Shown here one piece after another: positions 52,741-64,000 of a DNA stretch of 64,000 bases; within the stretch, counting starts at the first letter, position 1, and every line of letters begins with the position of its first letter. The DNA lies in NCBI RefSeq assembly GCF_009914755.1, contig NC_060932.1; one strand, 5' to 3'. The notes under the pieces are model-generated. The model saw only the letters and a program-made list of their open reading frames with translations. It was not told the origin of the DNA and searched no databases. This stretch comes from the human T2T-CHM13v2.0 reference genome, Homo sapiens. A program made the position numbers and the translations under genes.

Positions 52741-53659
52741 ATTACTTTTGCTTTAAATTGCTCCCCAAACTGGATTTTCCAACTCGAACTCCATAGCACC
52801 TTGTTCTGTGGTTCCATGTATGTCTCCAAAGGGTTAACAGGGGTCTTTTATTCCTTTGTGTGGGTGGGGGCTGGGGGTGGGGGGGGGAGAGCAGGGAGAG
52901 GGAGGGGGAGATAGGAACTTGATATGTCAACCCTAGCCACTTTTATGTTTATCAAATAGCCATTGAGAATATTTATATTACATTAGCATCAATCACTTTC
53001 AAAAATACTTATTCACTAGCAAATTATCAATAATTTAGATTTAACCGAGTTATTGGTAACTCCTTATCACCACGTTTACCTTCTGCTTTCTGGAGATGTC
53101 CATATTGATTCGATTTTTGCTTCTCTGGATTATTTGTAATTAAAAAATACAAAGTATACTTTCTGAATCCTTACGTATCAGAACTCGTCTTTTGCTTCAA
53201 CACCTGGTTGATAACTTCCACACCTGGCTCCACTGACTTCTTTCAGTGTTTCAGGTAAGTCTCATTCTCTTTCAAATTGTAGGTCTCTGGGACCTGTGTA
53301 TTTTTTCTTTTTATCCGTCTAATTCAGAGCTTAATGAGCCTTTGAAGTTCAAAGGAGGATTAGAATCTTCAATGGCTCCCTAGTTTTGGTCCATTGTAGG
53401 GAAAGCATTTAGTGATGATGTACTTGTGAAGAGACAGTACACGTGTAGCATCTCTTCACACTGATGCAGAAAACCAGAACAAAAGGAAGTTTAAGGATGA
53501 TTACACACTCTTCAGGGTATAAAACAAACTTTTCCATAGAACAGAGATACCCCATGTCAAAATTATTTTATTAATTAATTTCTAGTGTCAAATTTTGAAA
53601 AGGTTTTTTAAAAGTCTCCTAAATCTTAAAATGGCTGAGTCTTTCAGGGAAGCACTGTT

Positions 53660-54000
53660 TGTCATGCATCCAACAAATACTTGATTATCTACCCTGTGCT
53701 TGGAACTATGTGGATAGGGTTTTACCCTCAAGTACTAGAAAAAATATTATTCTGAGATGATCTAATCAACTGTAATATATGTTTAGAGGGAAAATAAATT
53801 ACTGTTCAGTGAATGAGACCAGAAGGCTTTGTGGAAGAGAGATAATTAAAAAAGGGTTGGAGGATGGATAATGGGTAAGATTTTGGCACGTGGAATTCTC
53901 GTGCAGGAGGAGAAATCCCGCATTCCAGGGATGGTGAACAACTGGAGGTGAAGGGACAGATAAGCACAGGCTCCAGTATAAGGAACAGTGAGTAACTCCA
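53660..54000 (-). mobile_element. L2 fragment
   Basis: catccaacaaatacttgattatctaccctgtgc antisense L2 3' end. Confidence 0.55.
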
Positions 54001-55884
54001 TAAGATAATGACGGAAAAAGGCAGAGGAGGAAATGCGCAGGTACTATTAAGGATGGAGGAACATTTTCAGGGTCACTAACTAACTCAATAAAGCTAGCAT
54101 ATAGGAATAAATATGGACATATCCAATAAAAGAATTTATGACAAAATACAAAAGTAGCACTTTACCACTGCAAAAAAAAATTTAACTCAGAAAGCTGGGG
54201 ATGAGTTGAACTTACTGGCTGGAGTTATTAGACAATATGGTCTTCAAGACACTTACAGGGTTTATATTTGTTACAGCCACTGATCACCATTAATTCTGGG
54301 GTGGGAAAAGCCGACATAACTTAAAAATCTTTAAATAGGGCATCATGGCTTAGGTTATTAACTTCCTTACACAATGAACATTCCTAGGTCATGAGAATCT
54401 GTTTATAGGAACCTGCTTAAAAATATCAGGTGTGTGTGAATCCTAATAACAGATCAATTATTTTTAGAAACAGCAGTTTACTAACATTATTCCGGTAAGA
54501 CTACTAGTTGCACTAGCAACACTTTGAAAGGAGCCTCAAGAAATTATTAAAGTTCTCTAATGACAAATAGAATAAACCAAAAGTAATACCTTTCCAATAA
54601 TTCTAATACCATAAAGCAGAAAACCTTATGTGAGGGGCCTTTATTCTTCCCACTCTCATTCTCTCAAAACCCTAAGACCTTGACTCAGGTGTTATTTCAA
54701 AGGGACTATCTGCCTGTTTAAAAAAAAGATTCAAATTTATAGAATTTTCCACTTGTGCATTTATAATACACATTGGTTTACATTTAAAGTATCTATCTAT
54801 TGAGTAACGCAGTTAGCCTGTTTACATAAAAAAATTGTTCATTTTCATCTGCAATAATGGCAGCCAAAGACTACAGTAAAGAAGATATTCTGTGCATTCC
54901 TTCATGGATACAGTCTCCATCAAGCACCGTGCTCTTTTCCCACTCCTTTTCTCAAGCAGAAAGAACCTGGGAATTTATGTGCTACGCTGTTAACAGTATA
55001 TCAGGGAGAAAAGTGTTTTCATTTTCTTTAAGGTAAAACTAGCTCCTCCAAAGAATGGCAGACATATTCTGAAAAAGGCAAAAGGGCACAAGTGTTTTCC
55101 TTCTGTGAAGTCCTTGAACGATTTCATATGAATTTAAAACATATTTAGTGTTAATTCTAATAATACAGAAATACTGCATTAATTTGCAGAAATTAAACAA
55201 GTGAAAAGAGGAAGGAATTGCCACACTGGATTTATGTTCATTTTCTTTACCCCTCTGAAAATAGGAAAGTCAAAAAGGTAAAGGAAGAATTTTTCCTATT
55301 ATACTGAAAGAGGTGCTATGAGATACATAACAAATTATTTCTACAGTTGGTTCCTGGAAAGGTATTAACCGAATTTTTAGAATTAACACCTGTCCCGGAA
55401 GCTGTGTTGCTGACCATTTAGCAGATGAGTTTTAGCTGAAATATGTGTGTGATTGCCATTTTGGTCCACACAAGTTGTCAAGGGAGCTTTCTTCAGCAAA
55501 ATTTTAGGCAAACAGCCCAAAGGGAACTCTGAAAGAATAATTTTAGTACTGACAAACAATAAATGTTAAATAAATGCTAAATACCAATTTTATCTCCCAG
55601 AAACAAGCAACTAATATCCTTTTTTGAATTCTAAACTCATCTGGATTCAAGTTTTGATGCATCACCTTTTGACTTTTTTAACTTAAAATTTCTATCCTTC
55701 CTCTAAAGATACAAAAGTTTTAAAACAAACCAAAAACCTAGATTTTACATTTCAACAATATTGTCCTAGACCCAGCTATTAGACTATTAATCAAACGAGA
55801 AAATACTTATAATTTGAAGAAAAAATGTGATAGCAAATAGAAAAGTATCATCTATTAAAATTTCAGGAAGATCTACATTATCTA

Positions 55885-58183
55885 AAGCCATTCTATAATT
55901 TTATTCATATATTTTGTGGAATTCACATATCTTATTCTTACAGCAAACATAACACTGTAGGCCACAAGAAGCTGCAGTACTATTATTTAATTAGCAGCAA
56001 ATTAATATTTTAAATCTGGTATATGGACAATAAATAGTCTGCTTCTTTGGATGTGAATGTTTAAAATGTAGTATCACTGCAGCTTCATAATGTGATTGCT
56101 ATTTTACAGAGCTTATACACACACAAAAAATATGATCTTTGTCTATATTTTATACAAATACAACAGTAGTTTGTGAATACATTTTAAGTACACGATATAC
56201 ATGATAAGCCACTTGATTTCCCAATATTACAGAATAGCAATTTTAAATGCAATAAAAATATACAAAATTCGGCCTGGAATGCAGATTTTTTTCTTTTCTA
56301 TTTTGACTCAAAACTTTATCATTAGAACATTTTTAGAGTACTAGTCCAAACACTTTTTCATTAGCTAAAAATACAATTTCAGCAGTCCAGCTTATGTTCA
56401 GGTATGATGCAATCCGTTTCCTAATGGATTCCCAGTTTTTGTTAAATTCAAAGGGCTGTTAGTAACATACAGCATGTTCTTCACTCCACACCCTATTATA
56501 AAGCCCACTTTCCATTCTGAGTTACAGTCACCTTGTGGACAAAAGCTGGGTTTGTTCTGGTAACATTTGCATGTCCGAGATCTCCTTTTGCAAGTGCACA
56601 TGAATACATTGTGGTGGTGTAAAAGTTTGTTAATGACAAATTAAGTCACAGTATAAAAATATATTGTACACTTTTACACCTAATGTAGTCCTTTTTCTAT
56701 GGATAAAAAAATACGACTGAATGAGACAGAGAAGTTTGTAGCACCATGAAGAGTTGTAGCCCAAGTTACATTAGCAGCATGATCCAATATAATATTGAAG
56801 GAGTGTTTCTGAGAAGATAAACATTCATTCTGGTTCATCTGTACCACTGAAGCTTATATAATGAAGTGTTTTATACATTAGCAATAGTTCTGTGTCATTT
56901 CTAGGCTAGATAACATCAAAAGACACTGCCTTCCATCCTCAGAGGGTTGACAACATCATAGAAAGGCCCTAAGTGCAATCTGAGTGTGCCTTCACCAATG
57001 CTGGTTGCATGATCTTCTTTTCTATGATCCCAAAGGAGCTCCCTATGGGTTTTTAGCACAAAACTGCACAACTTATGTAGATCTATGTGATCACAACAGA
57101 CTTATCTGTGTTGTAGACATGGCTGCTGACACAGTGTGAGAAAAACAAGACAAATTCAACTTAGGCACACATTTACCAGAACTAACAGCCAGCCATTGCT
57201 AATGACGAATACTAAACATTTAAAAGATCTCCTCCAATGTCACATGGATCTCAGTAGGCTAGAAGCAACTTGGGTGAACTGGTATTTTTTAACTTACGTA
57301 CTGGGAAGACAGTGTGCTTTGAGACACGTAAACCTTGTAAAAAAAAAACCATTGTAAAACCTTATGAAAAGACACACACTGATTCTGTGCAATATAGCAA
57401 ATTGATAAGAAAACACTGTAAAAATGTACCTGTTTAAAATACCATCTACCATTTTTGTACACAAAGCATTATATATCAAAGGCCTACATATATATCATCT
57501 AATGGCACTTGAATTATAATAAGTCTTAAAATAAAAGGCATAACCTATAAGAAAGTTTCTGTAAAGGTTTAGATTCATTTTGAAAGTGCTATATCTTGTA
57601 ATATGTGTAGTATAGAGGTTGACCAAGCTCTATTTTTTAAAAAAATATTGGCCTATAATATGTGTATTGCTCACTAGATGAACGATCCTGAAAATATGTA
57701 CTCTTTAACATTCATTATTAGCTTAATAAAGCAATCGGCTCTGGCTCATGTTTCAGTCAGTATATGGTTTTTAAAAACCGCTACTGTCCAAATTAACACA
57801 ATATATCACTATATTCCACAAATGACTAAGAAAAATAAAGCACAAGCAACAAATAGGCAAAAATACACAGCTTGAAAGAAACACTACATGAAATAAAAAA
57901 GTTGCACACAGAGTGATGCATAATCAGCCAGGACAATTGAAGTTTTAAAAAACTGAACTTGGTAATAGGATTTTAAAATGAAAGTTTTAACAGTGATCGA
58001 TAACTATAAAGGTACTTGTATACATCAATGGATAGCATTGCTTACAGTGCCAAGATCCTTCCACACTCACACTTCCGTGTTTGGTGACCTAACTTGTACA
58101 TACATGTGGAAGTGAAACTGAATGAGGTTCAATATCTTGTCTGAGGCCCAAATTCTAAACTACTTTTATTTAATGTTAATCCC

Positions 58184-58214
<31 letters not shown>

Positions 58215-61200
58215 AGCTAAGGCACTACCAGAAATTTCAAGGATAATGATTCTGGCCACTAGAGAATGAAAACAGCATTGGCAATACTTATTTTTAATCA
58301 TATCTAGTTGACATAGAAACAAACAATCTTTTTCTAGGGAAAAAAAAGCCAATTCTGTGTTACATCCTTGTTAGAACATTGTGCAATTCAAATAAGCGAG
58401 TCTGCCTCATCTTTAATAGAAATTCTCTCAAAAAGGGTTTAGTGACCACTACAGTCAATTTTAAAAACAAATTAGCTGAATTCCCTCTTACTCTGAAGTG
58501 TTATTTCAAGTCTGGGGGTGGGAACAGGCAAAGAGGTGTACACATGAAAATTAAGACTCCAAAATTTTAACACTGGTGCCCTGAAGATGTGCCTCCATGT
58601 ATTTGAATTTCATGCAGGGCAAGATTTAAGTATGTGTGTGTGTGTGTATATATATACACACACACACACACATACACATACATACATATATGGCGCTATT
58701 CCCCATTTCCAAAATGCTTTACTTAATAAATCCTGGTACTCCCTTTTTTAAATTAGCAGTGAATACAGCCTACTAAGGCCAATGTCTCAGTTCACTAATT
58801 TGATGACTTCTTAAGTACATTTTAAACAGAATAAAGTAGTGCTTCCACACTTGCTATTTGTGATTTCTATTTAAAAATAGGTTTTCTATTTGTGCTCTGT
58901 CACCAATTTTTTTCCTTTTATATGGTGATTAAAGCAATATTGAACACTAATCATTCAACTAAAGATTTAGGTAAGCAATCTGTTTCATAGAAACTAAAGG
59001 AAGCAGTAATGAAGCAGAGCGAAAAGCCTACTTTCAGAAAAAATATTCTCCTAATCAAAAGCTAGGAGCAGTTTGAAAAATTTAAAAATGTACTTCCTTA
59101 TTAACATATATAATTTTAATGCCTTTGGAACACACTTTTTTAATAAATGTAATTTTTCATAATAAAATTTAAATACATAAGTATAAAAACTACTGCTCCA
59201 AGGATTAAAAAAATATAGGAGCATGATAAAATATCAGGAGCCAAAGCTCCTTCAGAGAGCAACTTTGATTCTATGAAGTGCGGTATGTGTGCATGTGTGT
59301 GTGTGTGTGTGTATTATATATATATATTGAAGCCCCCATTTACATTATTACAATTTACATTTCTCCACAAATTATACTACTCCCAAATATTTTAAATAAT
59401 GTATTATATTCAGTAATCTGCACTCATTTTTAGAAATTCTTGGTAAACATTGCAATCTGCAGTGATAACTGGCCCTACAAAAAGGAAAGAAGTTTCCATA
59501 TAGGGCTAATGAGTGCTCAGAAATATTTTTCTTTCTGTTTTTTTTTAAAGAGATATATACTCTTCTAAAAACCTCCCACCCTTGCCCCCATCCCCAACGG
59601 AAAGGGTCCTAAAATAAGGTGTTAACAAGTGCTTAATAGATATGTTTCTTAGGTTAATGTCCCAACTGACCCTTAGAAAAATATATTAATTAGACCTTTA
59701 AGAAGATTATGTTGGTTGTCTAATGTGAGGAAAAGCCTATAATTATTCAGTGAATATAATATATTCTCAATTGTTATTTTCATGTTAACCAAGATAGGTT
59801 TGTTTTACTTTACTTTGTTACCCTCTACAAACTCAACTTATTTGCAATACTCCTATCATTTCCCAGAGATGCATGAAAGTGGGATTTTACTGTATATATT
59901 TCTAGTCACTTAAAACTTTGTGGTAGTTCATCAGGTAGTTTTCTAATGCATTTAACTTCAAATTCTCCATCCAAAATATTGCAAGGAAAGATGGATTCAC
60001 ATTGAATCAGAAAGATAACATCGGAGTAGGACTGTTGTTTTTGTTTTCTGCTTTTGATTCTTAAGGGAAAGAAAAACATATCAAATTCAGCAAGAAATGA
60101 TATAAGCGATATGCTTTTACTTTACTTCTAAAAAGTCCAGTTTTTAACCCTGGCTACAGGGGCCATGATCCCTACACAAGTTCCCAAATGTAACCATGTG
60201 CTTCACGTCTATCTTCCTGCTTAGAAGTCTGTCACCCACAGAGGCTGAGTCAATCCACTGTGGGATAAACACACCTCATGGCTGCAGTTCCACAATGGCT
60301 CTAGATTATGGACTAACCGTGGGCCAACAATGAAAATAAATTGCTGGCTGCACTTGACCCACCCCTTGGATGTGAAAGGTGGAAAAGACTAAAGAGATCT
60401 ACCTATATATCGACTCTGAAGACCCCAATGCCATACACTATTACTATTATTAAATGAAAAGATAGCATGTTAAGAAGGATGAAACACGACAAAATATCCT
60501 GTGTACTAATTTAGGGCCAACTATTAAGTGACACGAAATGCCATGTCACCTAACAGAGTCTCTTTTTGCTATAAATACTGATGCTTTGTGTTTAGGGTTT
60601 GTTTTCCTTAAAGGCTCATAATAAAGATGGCAAATATTTTAGCCAGACAACAGGGAGTCTTCAGAATATACTGATCTGAAATTATGGTGTATCTAACAAA
60701 CATTTATTATCTTCCGAAACTGGACTCTTAATTCATTTGAAGCACTTGATTATTAATCCATTTAGAAGCTAGTAAGAAAATTTAAACCCTTGAGTTATTC
60801 ACAAACTTTTTATACAATTTACATTCTATTGCTAAATTTTTTAATGAGCCAGATGTCAAAAGGTAGAGCCACTGTTATTAGACAAAAATGAAAATTTTAA
60901 GATCTAAAAGTAATTTGAAAATGGGATTTGTAAAAGTTTACTACTAATAATGGCTTTCCTATATGGAAAAAAAAAAGTCTTAAAATGTGACAATTGGCAG
61001 TGAATCAGGACAAAATACCCAGGTAAACTTAACTGAACACAAATGGTTCCAAAGCTCAGTTTAAAAGCTAGTTTCTATTTTATACTGGCTTAATGAAAAT
61101 TTGTATTATACAAAAGCAGAAATTTTTATACTGTTTTAAAGTAGGCACTAAAATAAAAATGGTCATCTAGGGCACAGCTACACATACATTTCTGTAATGA

Positions 61201-61217
61201 ATCCATGTCCCAGAATC
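55885..61217 (-). other. PLAG1: PLAG1 3' UTR (long, AU-rich, no interspersed repeat recognised)
   Basis: Between the TAG stop and distal AATAAA; multiple miRNA seed matches. Confidence 0.8.
55900..55905 (-). terminator. PLAG1: Probable distal PLAG1 polyadenylation hexamer AATAAA (cleavage near 55885)
   Basis: tttatt on plus with U-rich sequence downstream on minus; gives a 3' UTR of about 5.3 kb, consistent with the known transcript of about 7 kb. Confidence 0.75.
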
Positions 61218-62478
61218 CTACTGAAAAGCTTGATGGAAACGTGGGAGGGTGGTACTTGTGCTTAAACTGCTGGTGAAAGCTGCTGACAGTGAGTGCAGAG
61301 ACCCAAGCCCTATAGTGTTTGCAGGATCCTGAAGATCCTGTGTTTGTGTGGGGAGCTGGGAAACAGAAGAATGTGCTTCTTCCTGGGAATAGCTCATTCC
61401 AAGGCTCCCCACTGATAGAGGATTATAGGGAGGACCATTTAAAGGTATGAAATTAAACAACTGAGAAAAATCCAATGCTGGTGTGTTTAGGGGGTCACTG
61501 ATGGAGATAGAGCTTTTGGATAGGGAGAGGTCTCCTGCACCATCATCTAGGGACCCAATCTGAGGATCCAACCCTAGCTTAGATGATGACGATGCTTGAG
61601 AATCTTGGGATGAAGAGGGCACGCCACCTTGTAACTCCATCAGGTAACTCTCAATTTCCCCCTTTAATGGCTGTTCTTTTTCAGGAATAGAAATTGCATA
61701 TGAGGTAGAACTGAACGGATATTTGAAAGAAAGGTGGTGAGAGGGATGAACAGTGTCCATATCTATTGGGCATGTCATTCCCAAAGGTAAAGTTGTGATC
61801 ATTTGGTGGGCAGATCCCGAGCTCTGCATGGACTGAAATGGAGTGTTGTAGAGGTTTAACTGCAAAGTGTTTGTGAATGGCTTTGATAACAGTTCACTGG
61901 AAGGTAAGGACATCACCGGAAGGAGCTCGTCTTTTATAGGCACAGACACATTGCAGGTAAATGGGTCAAGGAAATCCACTGGTTCTGTTTTGACCTTCAG
62001 AAGCTCTTGATTGTGACTCTTCTTCATATGTCGAGTCAGGTGATCCTTTCGCCCAAATCTCTGTGCACAATACTGACAGAGGAAGTCCTTTCTTCCAGTG
62101 TGCACCACCATGTGTCTCCGGACATCCTTTCGGGTGTAGAACCGGCGATCACAATGTTCGCACTGGTGCTTTTTTTCTTTAACCCCACCAGACGACTTGC
62201 CTGCATGAGATTTAAGGTGCTCCAGAAGCACTCCCGTGCTTTCAAAAGTTTGCAAACATACCTTACAGGTGAGGTCACCACTTGTTGCGGCATGCAAGGC
62301 CAAGTGACGTTTAAATCCAAGCTTGGTATTGTAGTTCTTGCCACATTCTTCGCACTTAAACGTCTCTTTGTTAGGGTCGTGTGTATGGAGGTGATTCTTC
62401 AGATGATCTTTCCGGTGAAACATTTTCTCACAATAATTACACTTGTGGGTTTTCTCAGGAGAATGAGTAGCCATGTGC
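61218..62478 (-). CDS. PLAG1: PLAG1 last coding exon (third base of codon 81 to stop): end of finger 2, C2H2 fingers 3-7 and Ser-rich activation domain
   Basis: AG acceptor at 62479-62480; SUMO motifs VKTE (K244) and IKDE (K263); C-terminus TTLPRFHQAFQ; 242+1261=1503 nt = 500 aa plus stop. Confidence 0.99.
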
Positions 62479-63002
62479 CTTTAAACACAGATATAATCTA
62501 TAAGTAGTTATTATGACAAAAATGGCATGTATTCACTTTTCAAATGGAAGCTAAACTACTATGCTAACACAGAATTCCCTTAGTAATGGAAACTGTTTAA
62601 CTTAATATATACCACGAGGATAGTTAATATACCTAATTACTGCAAAACTTGAGCCATTTAAGTTGCCACTTTAGTTTTTGCTGGTTTCCAGCTATCATTA
62701 CAAAAGCAAATGAGCAAGACTGAATATACTCACGTAAACGTCCTTACCCTTTTCTTGTTGTAATTTCTTTCTACAAATGGAAATTCTACTCATTAAGCAT
62801 TTTATTTTAAAAAGTCCAAAGACACTAACACATAAAAGTATGTGATTTAGAATACTAAAAACTAAACCAATGTCTAATCTACTTAACATTTCCTCTTTGC
62901 AAATTAGCTGAAAAATGTGTATACAAATACATACGTTTACAATGGCTTCAAACAGCCAACATAAGAGAAAATATAATCTGAAAGACAAATAGAGTTTAAT
63001 AC

Positions 63003-63244
63003 CTTTGTAATTTGTACTTAGAAACAAAGGCCTTGGTGCAGTCTTGTTGTATGCACTTGTAGGGCCTCTCTCCTGTGTGAGAGTAGGAGTGAACCTTTAA
63101 TTTCTCAACACTGTTAAAGGCCTTGTCACACAGTTGGCAAGGAAAGTTTTTTCTTGGTTTGGTTTCACCACGCTTACGTTTCCCTGAAGGGACTTTCTGG
63201 GTATCTCTTACTTCTGACAAATCACCAGGAATGACAGTGGCCAT
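63003..63244 (-). CDS. PLAG1: PLAG1 first coding exon (codons 1-81): KRKR NLS, finger 1 and most of finger 2
   Basis: gcgATGg start, [14 protein letters not shown]...; GT donor at 63001-63002; intron 62479-63002 (524 bp). Confidence 0.99.
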
Positions 63245-63361
63245 CGCAGCCTAAACCAGGCCTTCTTGTTGGACACTTGGGAACTGCCCAACTCCACTAA
63301 ATGATATAGCTTTAGGTGGCTTCTCAAGTTTCATGTGGTCGTAAAAGAAAGCAAAAAGGGA
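63245..63361 (-). other. PLAG1: PLAG1 5' UTR portion of the first coding exon (117 nt)
   Basis: Polypyrimidine tract and AG acceptor (tttttttttccag) ending at 63362. Confidence 0.88.
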
Positions 63362-64000
63362 CTGGAAAAAAAAATAAGAAACAACTAGTTTGTAACTAAA
63401 CTCAATTTTTAAAAATTTTATTTGCTATGTGATGCTTTTGAATTAAAAAAGAAACCAATAAAATGGATTCAGCTGGTCTAATGTAATATCATCACATTAC
63501 ATTAGAAACCCCATAGGTTTCTTTATATTTGTCAAAATACATAGAAATGCATTGCTCAGAATGAACAGTTCATACATACCCTGAAATTCCACTTGACACA
63601 TGTTTTACTTAGGCATAGCAGTAGTGATTTCAGGAACTCTCATGAAGAATCAAAACATGACTCTAAAAAGTGGCATTATTAAGCTTCAATTTTTACAAAA
63701 GATCAGAGAACATAAAATCTGACTAAAAACGTTTCAGCAAATATTTCAGTCTCTAAAAATCAGTTTGATTTGTGCATGTCAGCTCTAGTCAGACTGCACT
63801 ATAGGAAAACAGAGATAAGCAACTGAAAACTCTTTTAGGCACCTTGTGAACCATTGAGTCTGTGGAAGAGGTACTTCACGGAGAGACACTAGAGGCCTGA
63901 AAGAGTTGAATGCACCACCCGAAGTGATGCATTATACCAGTGTCATCATACTCTGAGGGATTCCTGAGTCAAGAGTAGAAATGATTCATCTTCCTAACAA

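Noticed and set aside
62007-62507. 166-aa plus-strand ORF antisense to PLAG1
   Set aside because: Shadow ORF of the zinc-finger coding strand, with a non-ATG start and no independent evidence
62996-63002. Stop codon ending the 82-aa PLAG1 ORF
   Set aside because: It lies in the intron after the GT donor; splicing restores the 500-aa frame

Overview
Primate (almost certainly human) genomic DNA from the MOS-PLAG1 interval (human 8q12.1). Two protein-coding genes lie on the minus strand: the intronless oocyte kinase MOS (7918-8958) and the 3' part of PLAG1 (both coding exons, 500 aa, plus a 3' UTR of about 5.3 kb). Both proteins differ at one residue from the reference sequences as I recall them (MOS A105S, PLAG1 P458T), which suggests a non-reference haplotype. 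The intergenic region is mostly transposon-derived: the 5' end of an SVA, a solo LTR7-family (HERV-H) LTR, a full-length but mutated L1PA, a truncated L1PA, an ERVL/MLT2 provirus remnant with a nested MER52 LTR, old L1M/L2/MIR/MLT fossils and more than 20 Alus. I found no convincing new multi-gene system. The best leads are regulatory: an in-frame uORF ending 6 nt before the PLAG1 AUG, a layered uORF leader on MOS, an open L1 ORF0 pointing toward PLAG1, two orphan CpG islands (one inside an ancient L1 RT fossil) and an LTR7 oriented antisense to MOS. Repeat subfamily names are recognised by eye, and repeat boundaries without a stated target-site duplication (TSD) are approximate.
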